64,000 bases of DNA from an uncultured Rhodospirillaceae bacterium (GCA_964643045.1 CAZXSC010000001.1:66296-130295), one strand, 5' to 3'. Shown: positions 26,978 to 37,075, numbered from the stretch's first letter. Translations and numbers: made by a program. Notes: generated from the letters alone by a model not told the origin.

Positions 26978-27801
26978 GATGATATCTCCGTTAGCTCATT
27001 AATTGCTTGGGCGTATTCCTCAGGGTTTGGCGAACGGTAGTGCCAAATTGGCTGTCCTTCCATAAATGATACACCGCGACCCTTGACCGTGTTGCAAATT
27101 AGCATAAACGGCTTCCCGCCTGCCCGGTTTGTTATTGCGTCAAAAACAGCCTCAGAATCGTGACCATTAACTTCTGCAGTTTCCCAGCCAAAAGCGTTTA
27201 TTTTTTCGCTGATAGGATAGAATTTAGGGTGGGTTTCAATTGTGTCACCAAAGGATTGCATGCCATTATGATCTAAACAAATTATCAAATTATCTGTATT
27301 TAGGTTTGCCGCCATCATCAAGGCCTCCCAAGTTGATCCCTCTTGAAGTTCGCCATCGCTTATTATAACAAAAATTTTACCAGGACCCCTTTTAATATAT
27401 TGTTCGGTATATGCCATGCCAGTTGCCATTGCTGCGCCGTGCCCTAGGGATCCTGTGGAGGCTTCTATGCCCGGTGTCCCAAAATCTGGGTGACATCCAA
27501 GCCGTCCGTCTGGTTTGCAATATAAGTCTAAGTCTTTTTTGCTTAGGATACCCAGATCCTCTAATATTACGTATTGGACCATACAACCATGGCCCTTCGA
27601 CATGATAAATTTATCAATAGGGTCTTTATTGTCGCCGCGATTCATCAGACCGTTATAAATACAATCAGTCATTTCCATAGCAGAAAAAGCTGCGGCAGCG
27701 TGCAGTGCGCCAACTTGTTGTGAAATATCGAGGATTCGTCGTCGATAAGATTTGCAGCGACTTTGCGCTAGCATTTTGTCAAAAGAATTAGTTAAGTTCA
27801 T
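26974..27801 (-). CDS. Transketolase, N-terminal (TPP-binding) subunit
   Basis: 275 aa with MSKGHG and VIISDGELQEGSTWEA (TPP/metal motif). Confidence 0.85.
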   Translation of the reverse strand: MNLTNSFDKMLAQSRCKSYRRRILDISQQVGALHAAAAFSAMEMTDCIYNGLMNRGDNKDPIDKFIMSKGHGCMVQYVILEDLGILSKKDLDLYCKPDGRLGCHPDFGTPGIEASTGSLGHGAAMATGMAYTEQYIKRGPGKIFVIISDGELQEGSTWEALMMAANLNTDNLIICLDHNGMQSFGDTIETHPKFYPISEKINAFGWETAEVNGHDSEAVFDAITNRAGGKPFMLICNTVKGRGVSFMEGQPIWHYRSPNPEEYAQAINELTEISS

Positions 27802-27845
27802 TTTCTATCTCTTAATAATTATGGGTGTAGTTGGAGTTTTGTATT

Positions 27846-28496
27846 TCAAGAGATTATTGTCCAATACCAATCACCGGAGTATCCGGCTTCTTCAAAAAGT
27901 TTTATCCAACCATCGGGATAGTCGTGAAAATAGGCTGTTAATACCCAGCTTTCAAAAATTTTCTTCTGCTCAGATGTGAAATAGCTATCAACTTGGACAA
28001 ATCCTTTATTTGGCGCTAGGCGTTCTATTTCACCCAAAGCAACTTTACACAAGTCTCGCGGTAAATTATGCAAGCTATTGATGCAGAGCACAGCGCTGAA
28101 ACTGCCATCTGGGAACGGCAGATCTTCAGCACTACCTATTTGGAGTCGACCGACGACCTCTGGTTCACAATTCATTAGAGCATATTTGGAAACATCTACC
28201 CCATAGGCATCGATTCCGAGAGCCAAGAGATCTTTAACCAGAAACCCTTTTGCGCATCCAATATCGAGCACTTTATCTCCTGATTTTAACCTAAAATGAT
28301 CGACAATATCCTGAGCGACAGGTTGCCAACGCCCATCATAACTGTAACCGCCATATCCATATTCACGCGGACCATCGAAATACATTTTTCCATATTCCCG
28401 GGAAACGCGAATATGCTCTTCTGTTTTTTCGGTTTCGCGAGCTTTGACATTGCGTTTTCCTTTAGGAAGAGAACGCAGGAGTTCAACTTCAGCCAT
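27846..28496 (-). CDS. Class I SAM-dependent methyltransferase
   Basis: VLDIGCAKGFLVKDL motif I; 216 aa. Confidence 0.8.
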   Translation of the reverse strand: MAEVELLRSLPKGKRNVKARETEKTEEHIRVSREYGKMYFDGPREYGYGGYSYDGRWQPVAQDIVDHFRLKSGDKVLDIGCAKGFLVKDLLALGIDAYGVDVSKYALMNCEPEVVGRLQIGSAEDLPFPDGSFSAVLCINSLHNLPRDLCKVALGEIERLAPNKGFVQVDSYFTSEQKKIFESWVLTAYFHDYPDGWIKLFEEAGYSGDWYWTIIS

Positions 28497-29365
28497 CAGA
28501 TCGTATCCTTTAATCCATCAGAAAGGTTGGTATATTCAAATTTAGGAAAAGCTTTCCGTGTTGCTGTCGGATTGAACGGACGATAGCCGTTATGTGGCAT
28601 AGCGCCAAGTCTTAATGAGCTTTTTATGGTGACAGGCTTTTCAGAAAAATTCACCATCATCTCAGCAATTCTTTTGAATGAGGTAACGGTTCCGGTAGCA
28701 GCATTAAGGATGCCTTTGCTTTTATGCCAAGCGATGAGCCGGATGAGTTCTGCAACATCATCAACCAAAACGTGGTCACGCTGTTCTTCACCTTCTCCAA
28801 AGAGGATTATTTCCTTGCCGTCAGCAACAAGCCGACGGAAACGATTCGGACCATAGCCATTGTGTGGGTCATCGATACCGTAAATGAGTGTAGGGCGCAA
28901 AATTGTTAAGGTGAATTCGGTTGTTTCTTTTAACATAATTTCGCGAGTAAGATGCATGATACCGTGCATTGACGTGGGTTCGGCACTTGAAGTTTCGTTT
29001 AAGGGCTCCATACTATCGGCATAAACTGCATCAGAACTTACATATATAATGTGTGCAGGTTGAGTTCTAGAGATAGCTTCACACACGCCAGCCATCATTT
29101 GGACATTGCGAATAAGCATTGCAGCGTCTTTGCACGGTGCTTCAGCAGAAATTACAATCAGGGTATCCGTCGGCTTAACGAGATCTGTTAGTTTAGATCC
29201 GGCTTCTTCGTCTAATAATTCTATATCATTACGGCTCAGTGGGAGGACTTTCGTGCCTTCTGATTTAAAAGCTCTATGAGTTGCCCCGCCAACAAAACCT
29301 GCGGCTCCTAATATAACAACTCGGCTAGGTTGAGTTTGTTTAGAATTTTTATGTTCGAGCATCAA
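28496..29365 (-). CDS. NAD-dependent epimerase/dehydratase family protein
   Basis: VVILGAAGFVGGA Rossmann motif; 289 aa. Confidence 0.75.
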   Translation of the reverse strand: MMLEHKNSKQTQPSRVVILGAAGFVGGATHRAFKSEGTKVLPLSRNDIELLDEEAGSKLTDLVKPTDTLIVISAEAPCKDAAMLIRNVQMMAGVCEAISRTQPAHIIYVSSDAVYADSMEPLNETSSAEPTSMHGIMHLTREIMLKETTEFTLTILRPTLIYGIDDPHNGYGPNRFRRLVADGKEIILFGEGEEQRDHVLVDDVAELIRLIAWHKSKGILNAATGTVTSFKRIAEMMVNFSEKPVTIKSSLRLGAMPHNGYRPFNPTATRKAFPKFEYTNLSDGLKDTI

Positions 29366-29375
29366 TTACTTCCCT

Positions 29376-30659
29376 TTAAGAGAATGTTGAAAGTTCTGAA
29401 AGACCTAAAGTGAGATAGTCTAACCCGGCGGCTTTAACCATTTTACGATTCAAAATAGCATAGGGATCTAAAATAGTGCGGCCTTTCATATGAGAGGATA
29501 TTCTCTTCAAATTAAGCCCAGCGTATTCCGGCCAGGGGGTCATGATTACCAGGGCGTCTGCATTTTTAGTAGCGTTCTCGGCGCTGTTTGATGATGAAAC
29601 AGGAATTCCCGCTGCATCGGGTGAAACAATAGGGTCGTGGACGCAAACTTCAAATCCATTAAGATGGCTGAGCAAGGCAAGGGAGGGCGAATTCTTTGTG
29701 CTGTGCGTGTTTTCTTTATAGGCCAGCCCCAAGACGCAAATCCGTGCATTTGGATTTGTGCTTAAAACCTTTTTATTTAATATGCGCCAAGCCCATTCTT
29801 TCCGATGCGCACTATTTCTGATCCATGCAGCAACAATACTGCCGTCTGTTTGATGTATCTCGGACAATTGCATAATTGTGTTTAGATCTCTCTCTAAGTT
29901 ACCGCCTGCAATTCCAAGGCCGGGTTTTAAGTAACTGTACTTGCCAATCCGTCTGTCGAGCCTGAGAGAGGGTACAATTTCTGACCAATCAGCGTTAGCA
30001 TTTTCACAAATTTCAGCCATTGTATTGGCGACACCTATTGAAGCGACGAGACACATATTAATTGCTATTTTTGCTAGTTCCGCACTTTCATATCGCATCG
30101 GCATGATTGGACACTTAAACGTACCGAGAAATTCTAACAACCGCGCGTCTATTTTCTGATCCGGATGAGCACAGCCGACAATGAAACGTTCTGGTTTTGT
30201 GGCACGCTCTACAGCTTGGCCAAAAATAAGCGTCTCCACTTGATAATATAAATTCCCTGATCGGCGTGAAATCTGCCGCGTGAATCCAGGTGGCACTTGG
30301 CATAATATAGTTAATAAGGCATCCGGTTTCATTGCCGCTTCACTTAGAGAGATCATTTTCATTATAGTCGTGAGATCACTGTTACCTCGATCATCGGTCG
30401 GGACATCAGCTGATATATAAACTATGTCACACTGAGAAAGTGAATTCACGTCGTCGCTGAAGTTCAGGCGTGGTTTATTTTTCTTTACTAATTCATTAAG
30501 GCCGGGTTCGTTGATAGGAAGTAGCCCATTATTAATTGCAGCGACATATTTGGCGTCGTGATGATAGCCGATCACATCAAAACCATTTTCCGCAGCGGCA
30601 GCAGCTGAGTTTAATCCTAGGTGTGTCAAGCCAGCATAACCAATAATCAAATTAGGCAT
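29376..30659 (-). CDS. Nucleotide-sugar dehydrogenase (UDP-glucose/GDP-mannose dehydrogenase family)
   Basis: 427 aa with an N-terminal IGYAGLTHLGLNSAAAAAENGFDV Rossmann fold and LPINEPGLNELV. Confidence 0.75.
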   Translation of the reverse strand: MPNLIIGYAGLTHLGLNSAAAAAENGFDVIGYHHDAKYVAAINNGLLPINEPGLNELVKKNKPRLNFSDDVNSLSQCDIVYISADVPTDDRGNSDLTTIMKMISLSEAAMKPDALLTILCQVPPGFTRQISRRSGNLYYQVETLIFGQAVERATKPERFIVGCAHPDQKIDARLLEFLGTFKCPIMPMRYESAELAKIAINMCLVASIGVANTMAEICENANADWSEIVPSLRLDRRIGKYSYLKPGLGIAGGNLERDLNTIMQLSEIHQTDGSIVAAWIRNSAHRKEWAWRILNKKVLSTNPNARICVLGLAYKENTHSTKNSPSLALLSHLNGFEVCVHDPIVSPDAAGIPVSSSNSAENATKNADALVIMTPWPEYAGLNLKRISSHMKGRTILDPYAILNRKMVKAAGLDYLTLGLSELSTFS

Positions 30660-31590
30660 TGACAGTTACCCCGGCATTCATAGAAAGATCGGTCAATGTG
30701 CGATTAATCCAAATATCGTTCTCAAGGTTATGCCCACCCCTTTTTTTGCATAGATTAACAAAATGTTTGTATTCGATATTCCAGGTAGGATCTTCTTGTT
30801 CTAACCTATCAAATTTTTCTGGCGGGCGACCACTCGGTAAAATTCTTGTCCGGTGGATAAAAGTACTAGGCCCCCATTTGCAAAGTGAGTTAATGTGGGC
30901 ACTTCCTTTTTCAGCAAATACATCACAAGTAAAGTGATTGCGCCAAGACAACATAGTCATCTCTAGTTGGATGGCGGGTGTGTTATTACTTCCTACAACA
31001 ACATGGTCAAAAGATTTATTTTCATGGGTATAGGCGCCTTGAATTTTGAATTTTGGGTCAAAATTCTCGCCAAACCAAAATCGCAAGGTATCTAACAAGT
31101 GGCTCCCCAGATCTGCCAAAACGCCGGCTCCTGTATCCCGCCACTTGCTGTTCCTGACTAAACGGGCTGTGCCGTTGCCATAAAACATCCGCAGACTATA
31201 GATTTTCCCCAAAGCACCATTTTGAATTAAATTGCGCATTCTAACGAAATGAGGCTCGAACCGATGATTATAAGCGGTATAGCAGACCACATTGTTAGTT
31301 TTGGAAAGTTCGGCAAGGGTTTCAATATCGCTATCATTTTTTGCGAATAGTGGTTTCTCAACCAGAACATGTTTTTTGTTCGCCAACAAATAGCTTATCA
31401 AAGCGACTTTGGGATCATCTGGAATACACAAAATTGCGGCATCGAAGCTATCCAGCGGCACTTCCCGTATATCTTTATAATCGACACCTTCTGCCACAGG
31501 ATCAATCGTAGCGACTATATCATCCTGCGCAGCGCGTTGGCGTTTTGTACCTTGAACGCCCATACCTGCAACAACAACTTTTAACGCCAT
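30652..31590 (-). CDS. Gfo/Idh/MocA-family oxidoreductase
   Basis: LKVVVAGMGVQG Rossmann motif and HVLVEKPL (EKP motif); 312 aa. Confidence 0.8.
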   Translation of the reverse strand: MALKVVVAGMGVQGTKRQRAAQDDIVATIDPVAEGVDYKDIREVPLDSFDAAILCIPDDPKVALISYLLANKKHVLVEKPLFAKNDSDIETLAELSKTNNVVCYTAYNHRFEPHFVRMRNLIQNGALGKIYSLRMFYGNGTARLVRNSKWRDTGAGVLADLGSHLLDTLRFWFGENFDPKFKIQGAYTHENKSFDHVVVGSNNTPAIQLEMTMLSWRNHFTCDVFAEKGSAHINSLCKWGPSTFIHRTRILPSGRPPEKFDRLEQEDPTWNIEYKHFVNLCKKRGGHNLENDIWINRTLTDLSMNAGVTVNA

Positions 31591-33144
31591 TTAGTTCCCG
31601 TAATTTGCCATATTTGCAACTTTACCGATGCGGTTTAGAACGTCGGAGGGTTTGATTGGAATATTACCGTCAAACTCACATTCGCAAGCGGCAGCCATGG
31701 ATCCGAGGATGCTCGCTATAACTTCATTATTCGTCGCAATCATCGCTAATGTAGCATAAGCAAGCAATGCGTCTCCTGCCCCTATGGGATCAACAACATT
31801 TTCAGCAAAGCTATCAATGGAAAAATAACCCCCGACATTTGAATCATTAGTCGGCTTATTAACAAATAACCCTCTCTCACCGAGTTTGAGAAGTAGTAGT
31901 TTACATCCCGTCGCATTAGCAAGCTGACCTGATAAAGCTCCAACAGTAGAATCCTGATCGCCAAGTGCAAACCGGGCTTCACGTTCATTTGGCGTAATGA
32001 GGTCAAAACTCTTAAACTCGATGATATTACCCCATCGGCTAGCAACCTGGCTATCGGCAACGCGATAGGCGTTATTTGGGATAGCTTCTGTCAATAGTGG
32101 AACGGTGTGCTGATTAAATATACCATGACGGAAATCGGCAAAAACAACAGCATCAGTAGAAGCGTCGCGCACGCTATTCAATAAACGCTCCAAAATGGAT
32201 TCTGAAATGGAACGATTATCAAGCGTGTCAACTTTCAGCAGGCGATAACCATTAGCTATGAAAGCATTCTTATTAGTTGTGGGCCGTGTTTCATCTATAA
32301 TTGTGTTGCAGTGAATGCCCGCATCTTTCAATCCAGCGATGACAAACTCACTTAAGGCGTCATTACCGAGTACGCTGGAGAACGTTACATCGGCACCCGC
32401 AGCCCTTAAATGTTGGGCAACAATTCCTGCACCACCTATATAGTTGTCTTGGCCTTGATATTGAACGCTGAATGTTGGGGTTTTTGTTTGCCCACCAATG
32501 AGATTTGTTCGGGTGTAGCTATCGACAATTGTGTCGCCTACTACGTGGACCTTAAATCCAATCATTTTATCCAAGGCCGAACGTAAATCAGAGAAATTGA
32601 GTTTATGGGTATGCATAACAGCTAGGAGTTTTTCCATCTGGATGTCGGGGGCTGACATTTTGATAAATTCTGAAGATGAATAGACTACGTCACCTGGCGT
32701 AAAAATCATCTCGCCGCCAAAGCCTTCAACTACGTTAGCTTCCTCTTGGGTTGCTGCTGGTAAACCGTCGTCGCTATATTCAAAGCCTTTGGCAAAATAA
32801 TCAGGATTTAAAAACTTAAGCAATTCTAGCGGTTTTGCATTTTCGTCGATAATGACGTAATCCACCATTTCGAACGCGGCTAAATTTAAAGCTCGCAGAC
32901 GTTGAGGAATATGAGGCCGATAAACACCCTTTTTAATATGAAGATCTGCGGTGATACTAGCAATAAGAATATCAGCTTTAGTTTTTGCGTACGCTAAATG
33001 CCGAACGTGACCCGGATGGACAACGTCGAAAACACCGTGACACAGGATAACTTTCTTTTCGCGGGGAAATGGGCCTATAAGATCTGCAAGCTCATGCCGA
33101 GTTTTTAGCTTGAATTCGTATTCTTTAAAGAATTCTGCGGTCAT
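31591..33144 (-). CDS. Bifunctional heptose-phosphate nucleotidyltransferase/PfkB sugar kinase (HldE/RfaE-like, domain order reversed)
   Basis: The N-terminal VILCHGVFDVVHPGHVRHLAYAK (HxGH cytidylyltransferase-like) aligns with HldE domain II. The C-terminal VHVVGDTIVDSY...DPIGAGDALLAY (PfkB) aligns with HldE domain I. Confidence 0.75.
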   Translation of the reverse strand: MTAEFFKEYEFKLKTRHELADLIGPFPREKKVILCHGVFDVVHPGHVRHLAYAKTKADILIASITADLHIKKGVYRPHIPQRLRALNLAAFEMVDYVIIDENAKPLELLKFLNPDYFAKGFEYSDDGLPAATQEEANVVEGFGGEMIFTPGDVVYSSSEFIKMSAPDIQMEKLLAVMHTHKLNFSDLRSALDKMIGFKVHVVGDTIVDSYTRTNLIGGQTKTPTFSVQYQGQDNYIGGAGIVAQHLRAAGADVTFSSVLGNDALSEFVIAGLKDAGIHCNTIIDETRPTTNKNAFIANGYRLLKVDTLDNRSISESILERLLNSVRDASTDAVVFADFRHGIFNQHTVPLLTEAIPNNAYRVADSQVASRWGNIIEFKSFDLITPNEREARFALGDQDSTVGALSGQLANATGCKLLLLKLGERGLFVNKPTNDSNVGGYFSIDSFAENVVDPIGAGDALLAYATLAMIATNNEVIASILGSMAAACECEFDGNIPIKPSDVLNRIGKVANMANYGN

Positions 33145-34145
33145 TGTTTTGTCTTTGTATTCATATATTTGAACCAGGGTTTAGTTGCTTCCTTAATACT
33201 ATTTGGATCCCAAAGTGGAGCATCTTTCCAAGTATCAATTTCTACCAGCATTTTTTTAACACCCTCTTCAAACGAAATTTCAGGCTTCCATTCGAGTTCA
33301 GTCAAGGCCTTTGTGATGTCCGCCCAAGTACAATCTGGTTCACCGGGTCGTTTGGGCACATAGACAACATCGCCCTCTAGCAATTCCACAAGTGTATTTA
33401 CTGTTTGCGGATTGCCAGCGCCGATATTGTAAATCTCACCTGACCGATTTGTCATTGCCGCTGCGTAAAATGCCTTAGCAACATCCGTTACGTATATAAA
33501 GTCACGATCTTGCATGCCATCGCCAACGACAGTAAAAGGTTTTCCGGCCAATTTTTGTTTGAAGAAAACGCCGAAAACGGCACCGTATGCGCCAGTTGTT
33601 CGGACCCGCGTACCATAGGCATTGAAAATCCGAACGGCGTTGGCTGGCAAGCCGTAGACATGTTGCCAATGAAAAACAGCTTGTTCACCTTGATATTTGC
33701 TTAATGCATAAGGATATTGTGGTTGGATCGGTTGATCTTCCCTGGTTGGGACATCGGCTAAGCCGTAGCATGACGATGACGCAGCATAGATAAACTTCTG
33801 GACGCCTGCTACCCGAGCACATTCCAATACGCGCACTGTTCCCTGAACATTAACTTCCATATAATCGAGGGGATGTTCGATCGAAGGAACGATGTCACCA
33901 ATACCGGCAAAGTGAAACACGAACCGAGCGTCGTCGAAAATCGATCCTTCTGGATCCAGTCCCCGGATATCGCAGCACTCAAGCGTTACGTTCTCGTTAT
34001 TGGTATGATTAGCGAGGTTTTTTTCATGTCCACCAGTCATGTTATCAATGATGCGAACTCGAAAACCGTTATCAACCAAAAGGTCAACCATGTGGCTACC
34101 GATAAACCCGGCGCCACCAGTAACCATGGCTATAGGCAAACCCAT
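33141..34145 (-). CDS. NAD-dependent nucleotide-sugar epimerase/dehydratase
   Basis: MVTGGAGFIGSHMVDLL and YALSKYQGE (YxxxK); 334 aa. Confidence 0.85.
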   Translation of the reverse strand: MGLPIAMVTGGAGFIGSHMVDLLVDNGFRVRIIDNMTGGHEKNLANHTNNENVTLECCDIRGLDPEGSIFDDARFVFHFAGIGDIVPSIEHPLDYMEVNVQGTVRVLECARVAGVQKFIYAASSSCYGLADVPTREDQPIQPQYPYALSKYQGEQAVFHWQHVYGLPANAVRIFNAYGTRVRTTGAYGAVFGVFFKQKLAGKPFTVVGDGMQDRDFIYVTDVAKAFYAAAMTNRSGEIYNIGAGNPQTVNTLVELLEGDVVYVPKRPGEPDCTWADITKALTELEWKPEISFEEGVKKMLVEIDTWKDAPLWDPNSIKEATKPWFKYMNTKTKQ

Positions 34146-35159
34146 TTAAGCAGCGCTGATCTTTTTCATTGTGCGGACATTGAAGTAATTATCATTATCG
34201 AAGCTATCAGGTAATTTGCCGTCACGGAATGCCTTGCATAATCCGCGAATAGCATCTTCTACACTATATTGAGGCTTGAAGCCAAGAACTTCAGTAACCT
34301 TGTCTGAGTTGATATGATATGAACGCAAATCATCTGACGATGTTACTTCTATATTAATTTCGTCTTTATCCGGAAATTCTTCGGCCACGACCCGTTTGAC
34401 CGTTTTGGCAATTTTCATGATACTCATGTTCTCGTAGCCACAATTGAAAATCTCATTAGCGATTTTTTCATCTGGTGCTTCAAGCAGAACTTTACAAAGA
34501 TCAGCATAATCCTGAATATGGAGGTTTGGGCGCAACTGACTGCCGCCAAAGACAGTGATATTGCCTTTATTGACGGCAAGATTGGTCAAAATATTGACCG
34601 ATACATCAAGCCTTTGACGCGGCCCGTAGCCACATACGGTTGCCGGCCGATAAACCACACCGACAAAGTTTTCATCAGTGTGATTGAACAGGATCGGCTC
34701 ACACGCCCCTTTGTATTTGTTGTAAAGCGTCAGCGGTACCAATGGGTGGTCTTCTTTAACATTAGGTTCTTCACTAATACCGTAAACTGAACTTGATGAC
34801 GCATAAATAAAGCGTTTAACACCGGCTTTCTTTGCAGCGATAACAATTGGTTCAAAAGCATTCATGTTTACGGTCGTCGAAAGGTTTTCGTCTAATTCAA
34901 AGCTGGCATCATTTGAAATACAAGCCAGATGGAGAACTGCGTCTACACCCGCCATAAGTGGTTCTAGCTTCCCAATATCTCTGATATCGCCTTGAATAAC
35001 CGTCAAATTTGGATTGTCCAAGGGTAAAAAATTAGATCCATAATACTGGATGTCATAAACGGTTACGTTGTAACCCATGTCCAACATTTGTGGCACTAAC
35101 ACGCTACCACAGTATCCTGCTCCGCCGGTCACAAGAACATGATTAAATTTAGGTGTCAT
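34146..35159 (-). CDS. NAD-dependent nucleotide-sugar epimerase/dehydratase
   Basis: VLVTGGAGYCGSVLVPQML and YNKYK (YxxxK); 337 aa. Confidence 0.8.
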   Translation of the reverse strand: MTPKFNHVLVTGGAGYCGSVLVPQMLDMGYNVTVYDIQYYGSNFLPLDNPNLTVIQGDIRDIGKLEPLMAGVDAVLHLACISNDASFELDENLSTTVNMNAFEPIVIAAKKAGVKRFIYASSSSVYGISEEPNVKEDHPLVPLTLYNKYKGACEPILFNHTDENFVGVVYRPATVCGYGPRQRLDVSVNILTNLAVNKGNITVFGGSQLRPNLHIQDYADLCKVLLEAPDEKIANEIFNCGYENMSIMKIAKTVKRVVAEEFPDKDEINIEVTSSDDLRSYHINSDKVTEVLGFKPQYSVEDAIRGLCKAFRDGKLPDSFDNDNYFNVRTMKKISAA

Positions 35160-35183
35160 AATTTTGATAACTCCAATTTGGAT

Positions 35184-35921
35184 TTACTCGCTTTTTTTGG
35201 TTATGTTTATTGTGTATCCGGCTGCTTTTGCATCGTCATAGAACATTCGCACAGTTTCTAGGCTAAACTCAGCGAGGTCTTTTTCAAGTGATTTCAGTTT
35301 GCCCAGAACATCTGCCGTTGCCGTTATAATATGGCAGCCAACTTCATTGGCTTGAATAATATTTAAAAGCTCGCGTGGGCTAGCCCATAACAGCTCAGCT
35401 TTCGGTAAAAATTTTAAGACTTCCACACACTCGCGCATAATTGGCATAGGGTCCAATCCGGTATCTGCGATCCTGCCCGCAAAAACAGAAACAATGGCCG
35501 ATGTTCCAGGTGATAAATTTTCAGCGACAGCTTTAACTTGCTCAAGTGTCATGATAGCGGTGATGTTTAACTGAACGCCGTTTGTCGAAAGTTCTTTTAT
35601 AATTGGGCCTGTAAATTCGCCTTGGGTATTTGTTACGGGGATCTTCACATTCACGTTTGAACCCCAGGAAGCGATTACTTTAGCTTGGGCCAACATATCA
35701 GCTAAGTCATCAGCAAAAACTTCAAAACTAACGGGGCGATCGGGTATGGCAGCTAGAACCTGTTTGGCAAAATTTTCATAATTCGTGATTCCAACTTTAT
35801 TCATCAGCGTTGGGTTGGTAGTAAAACCCTTTATTTTAGGGTTTTTATAAAGGGTTACCATGCTATCTAGGTCTGCCCCATCGGCAAATAATTTTACTTT
35901 TAATTGGTCTACACTTGGCAT
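35184..35921 (-). CDS. Transaldolase-family protein (short TalC/FSA type)
   Basis: KLFADGADLDSMVTLYKNPKIKGFTTNPTLM matches the short transaldolase N-terminus; 245 aa. Confidence 0.8.
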   Translation of the reverse strand: MPSVDQLKVKLFADGADLDSMVTLYKNPKIKGFTTNPTLMNKVGITNYENFAKQVLAAIPDRPVSFEVFADDLADMLAQAKVIASWGSNVNVKIPVTNTQGEFTGPIIKELSTNGVQLNITAIMTLEQVKAVAENLSPGTSAIVSVFAGRIADTGLDPMPIMRECVEVLKFLPKAELLWASPRELLNIIQANEVGCHIITATADVLGKLKSLEKDLAEFSLETVRMFYDDAKAAGYTINITKKSE

Positions 35922-36482
35922 CTATTTGTCCATGTTACGTGAAAGGATCGTATCTACTGCGTCTATCAAGGAAGAAACTATAACATCCGGCTGATCGACT
36001 ATTTTTTCAGCATAATTATTGTTGATAAAAATTGTGGTGCAACCTGCCGCGTTACCGGCTGAAATATCGCTCCATCTGTCGCCGATCATATAACTGTTGG
36101 AAACGTCAGCGTGTAAGTCGCCTGCAGCCTCTAAAATCATACCGGGCTTCGGTTTTCTGCAATAGCAGCCATCTGTTTTAGCATGATAGCATACCTTAAC
36201 AATATCGATCGGAAGCTTTGAAAGTAATTTGGTATTCATCTGATCAATTATTTTTTTCTCAACTGTACCGTTTCCGACATCAGGTTGGTTAGTTACAACG
36301 GCCAAGGCAAACCCATTTTTTTTTAAAGCCGAAAGCGCTTCAAGGGTGCCGGAAAGGATATTGAAATCTTCAAATTTTTTTGGTGCATACGGCTTACCAT
36401 CTATGACCTCAGTATGATTCAAAACACCGTCGCGGTCGAGGAAAATAGTCGGTCGGACTGGATTGTCGACCTTGGCTACCAT
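35922..36482 (-). CDS. gmhB: D-glycero-D-manno-heptose 1,7-bisphosphate phosphatase (HAD-IIIA)
   Basis: IFLDRDGVLN, VVTNQPDVG and GDRWSDISAGNAAG motifs; 186 aa. It lies next to gmhA. Confidence 0.85.
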   Translation of the reverse strand: MVAKVDNPVRPTIFLDRDGVLNHTEVIDGKPYAPKKFEDFNILSGTLEALSALKKNGFALAVVTNQPDVGNGTVEKKIIDQMNTKLLSKLPIDIVKVCYHAKTDGCYCRKPKPGMILEAAGDLHADVSNSYMIGDRWSDISAGNAAGCTTIFINNNYAEKIVDQPDVIVSSLIDAVDTILSRNMDK

Positions 36483-37060
36483 TTAGTACCTTTTATTTGA
36501 AGTTTTGGGTGCGACACCAAGCAGTGCCACACAACGGCCTGAAAAGCTTCGGTGTGTGGTGTGATATGATTTGCCGCAACCGTCGGGACGACGATCACTT
36601 CATCGCCTATCATTTTTGTATGTCCCGTTTCTCGTCCGACAACGCCAAATATTTTCATTTTGCGTGATTTAGCTTCATCTAAGGCTTTTACAATATTCAC
36701 GCTCACATTGTGTTTTGCGTCACCGCCGCCAACGGAGAATACCAATACCGCATCATTGGCCGTGGCCTGGCTTCCTTGAAGCCAGGCTGAAAATACTGTG
36801 TCCCATCCTTCGTCATTGGTCCGCGCGGTCAGCTCTGAAACATTGTCAACTGGCGAATAAGTTTCGATGCCACATAGTTTCCGAAAATCGTTTACAGCAT
36901 GCGAAGAATTTGCGGCGCTCCCACCAACCCCAATTATAAATAATCTGCCACCGGACTCACGTAGAGCAAGAAGTTCATTCGCCAATCTTTCAATAGCAAT
37001 GTGATCAATAGATTTTGCAATATCTGATACCTGTTTAAAATATATTTCAGTATGTGTCAT
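36476..37060 (-). CDS. gmhA: Phosphoheptose (sedoheptulose-7-phosphate) isomerase, SIS domain
   Basis: RLFIIGVGGSAANSSHAVNDFRK; 194 aa. Confidence 0.85.
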   Translation of the reverse strand: MTHTEIYFKQVSDIAKSIDHIAIERLANELLALRESGGRLFIIGVGGSAANSSHAVNDFRKLCGIETYSPVDNVSELTARTNDEGWDTVFSAWLQGSQATANDAVLVFSVGGGDAKHNVSVNIVKALDEAKSRKMKIFGVVGRETGHTKMIGDEVIVVPTVAANHITPHTEAFQAVVWHCLVSHPKLQIKGTKW

Positions 37061-37075
37061 ATTATCAAAAGACCC

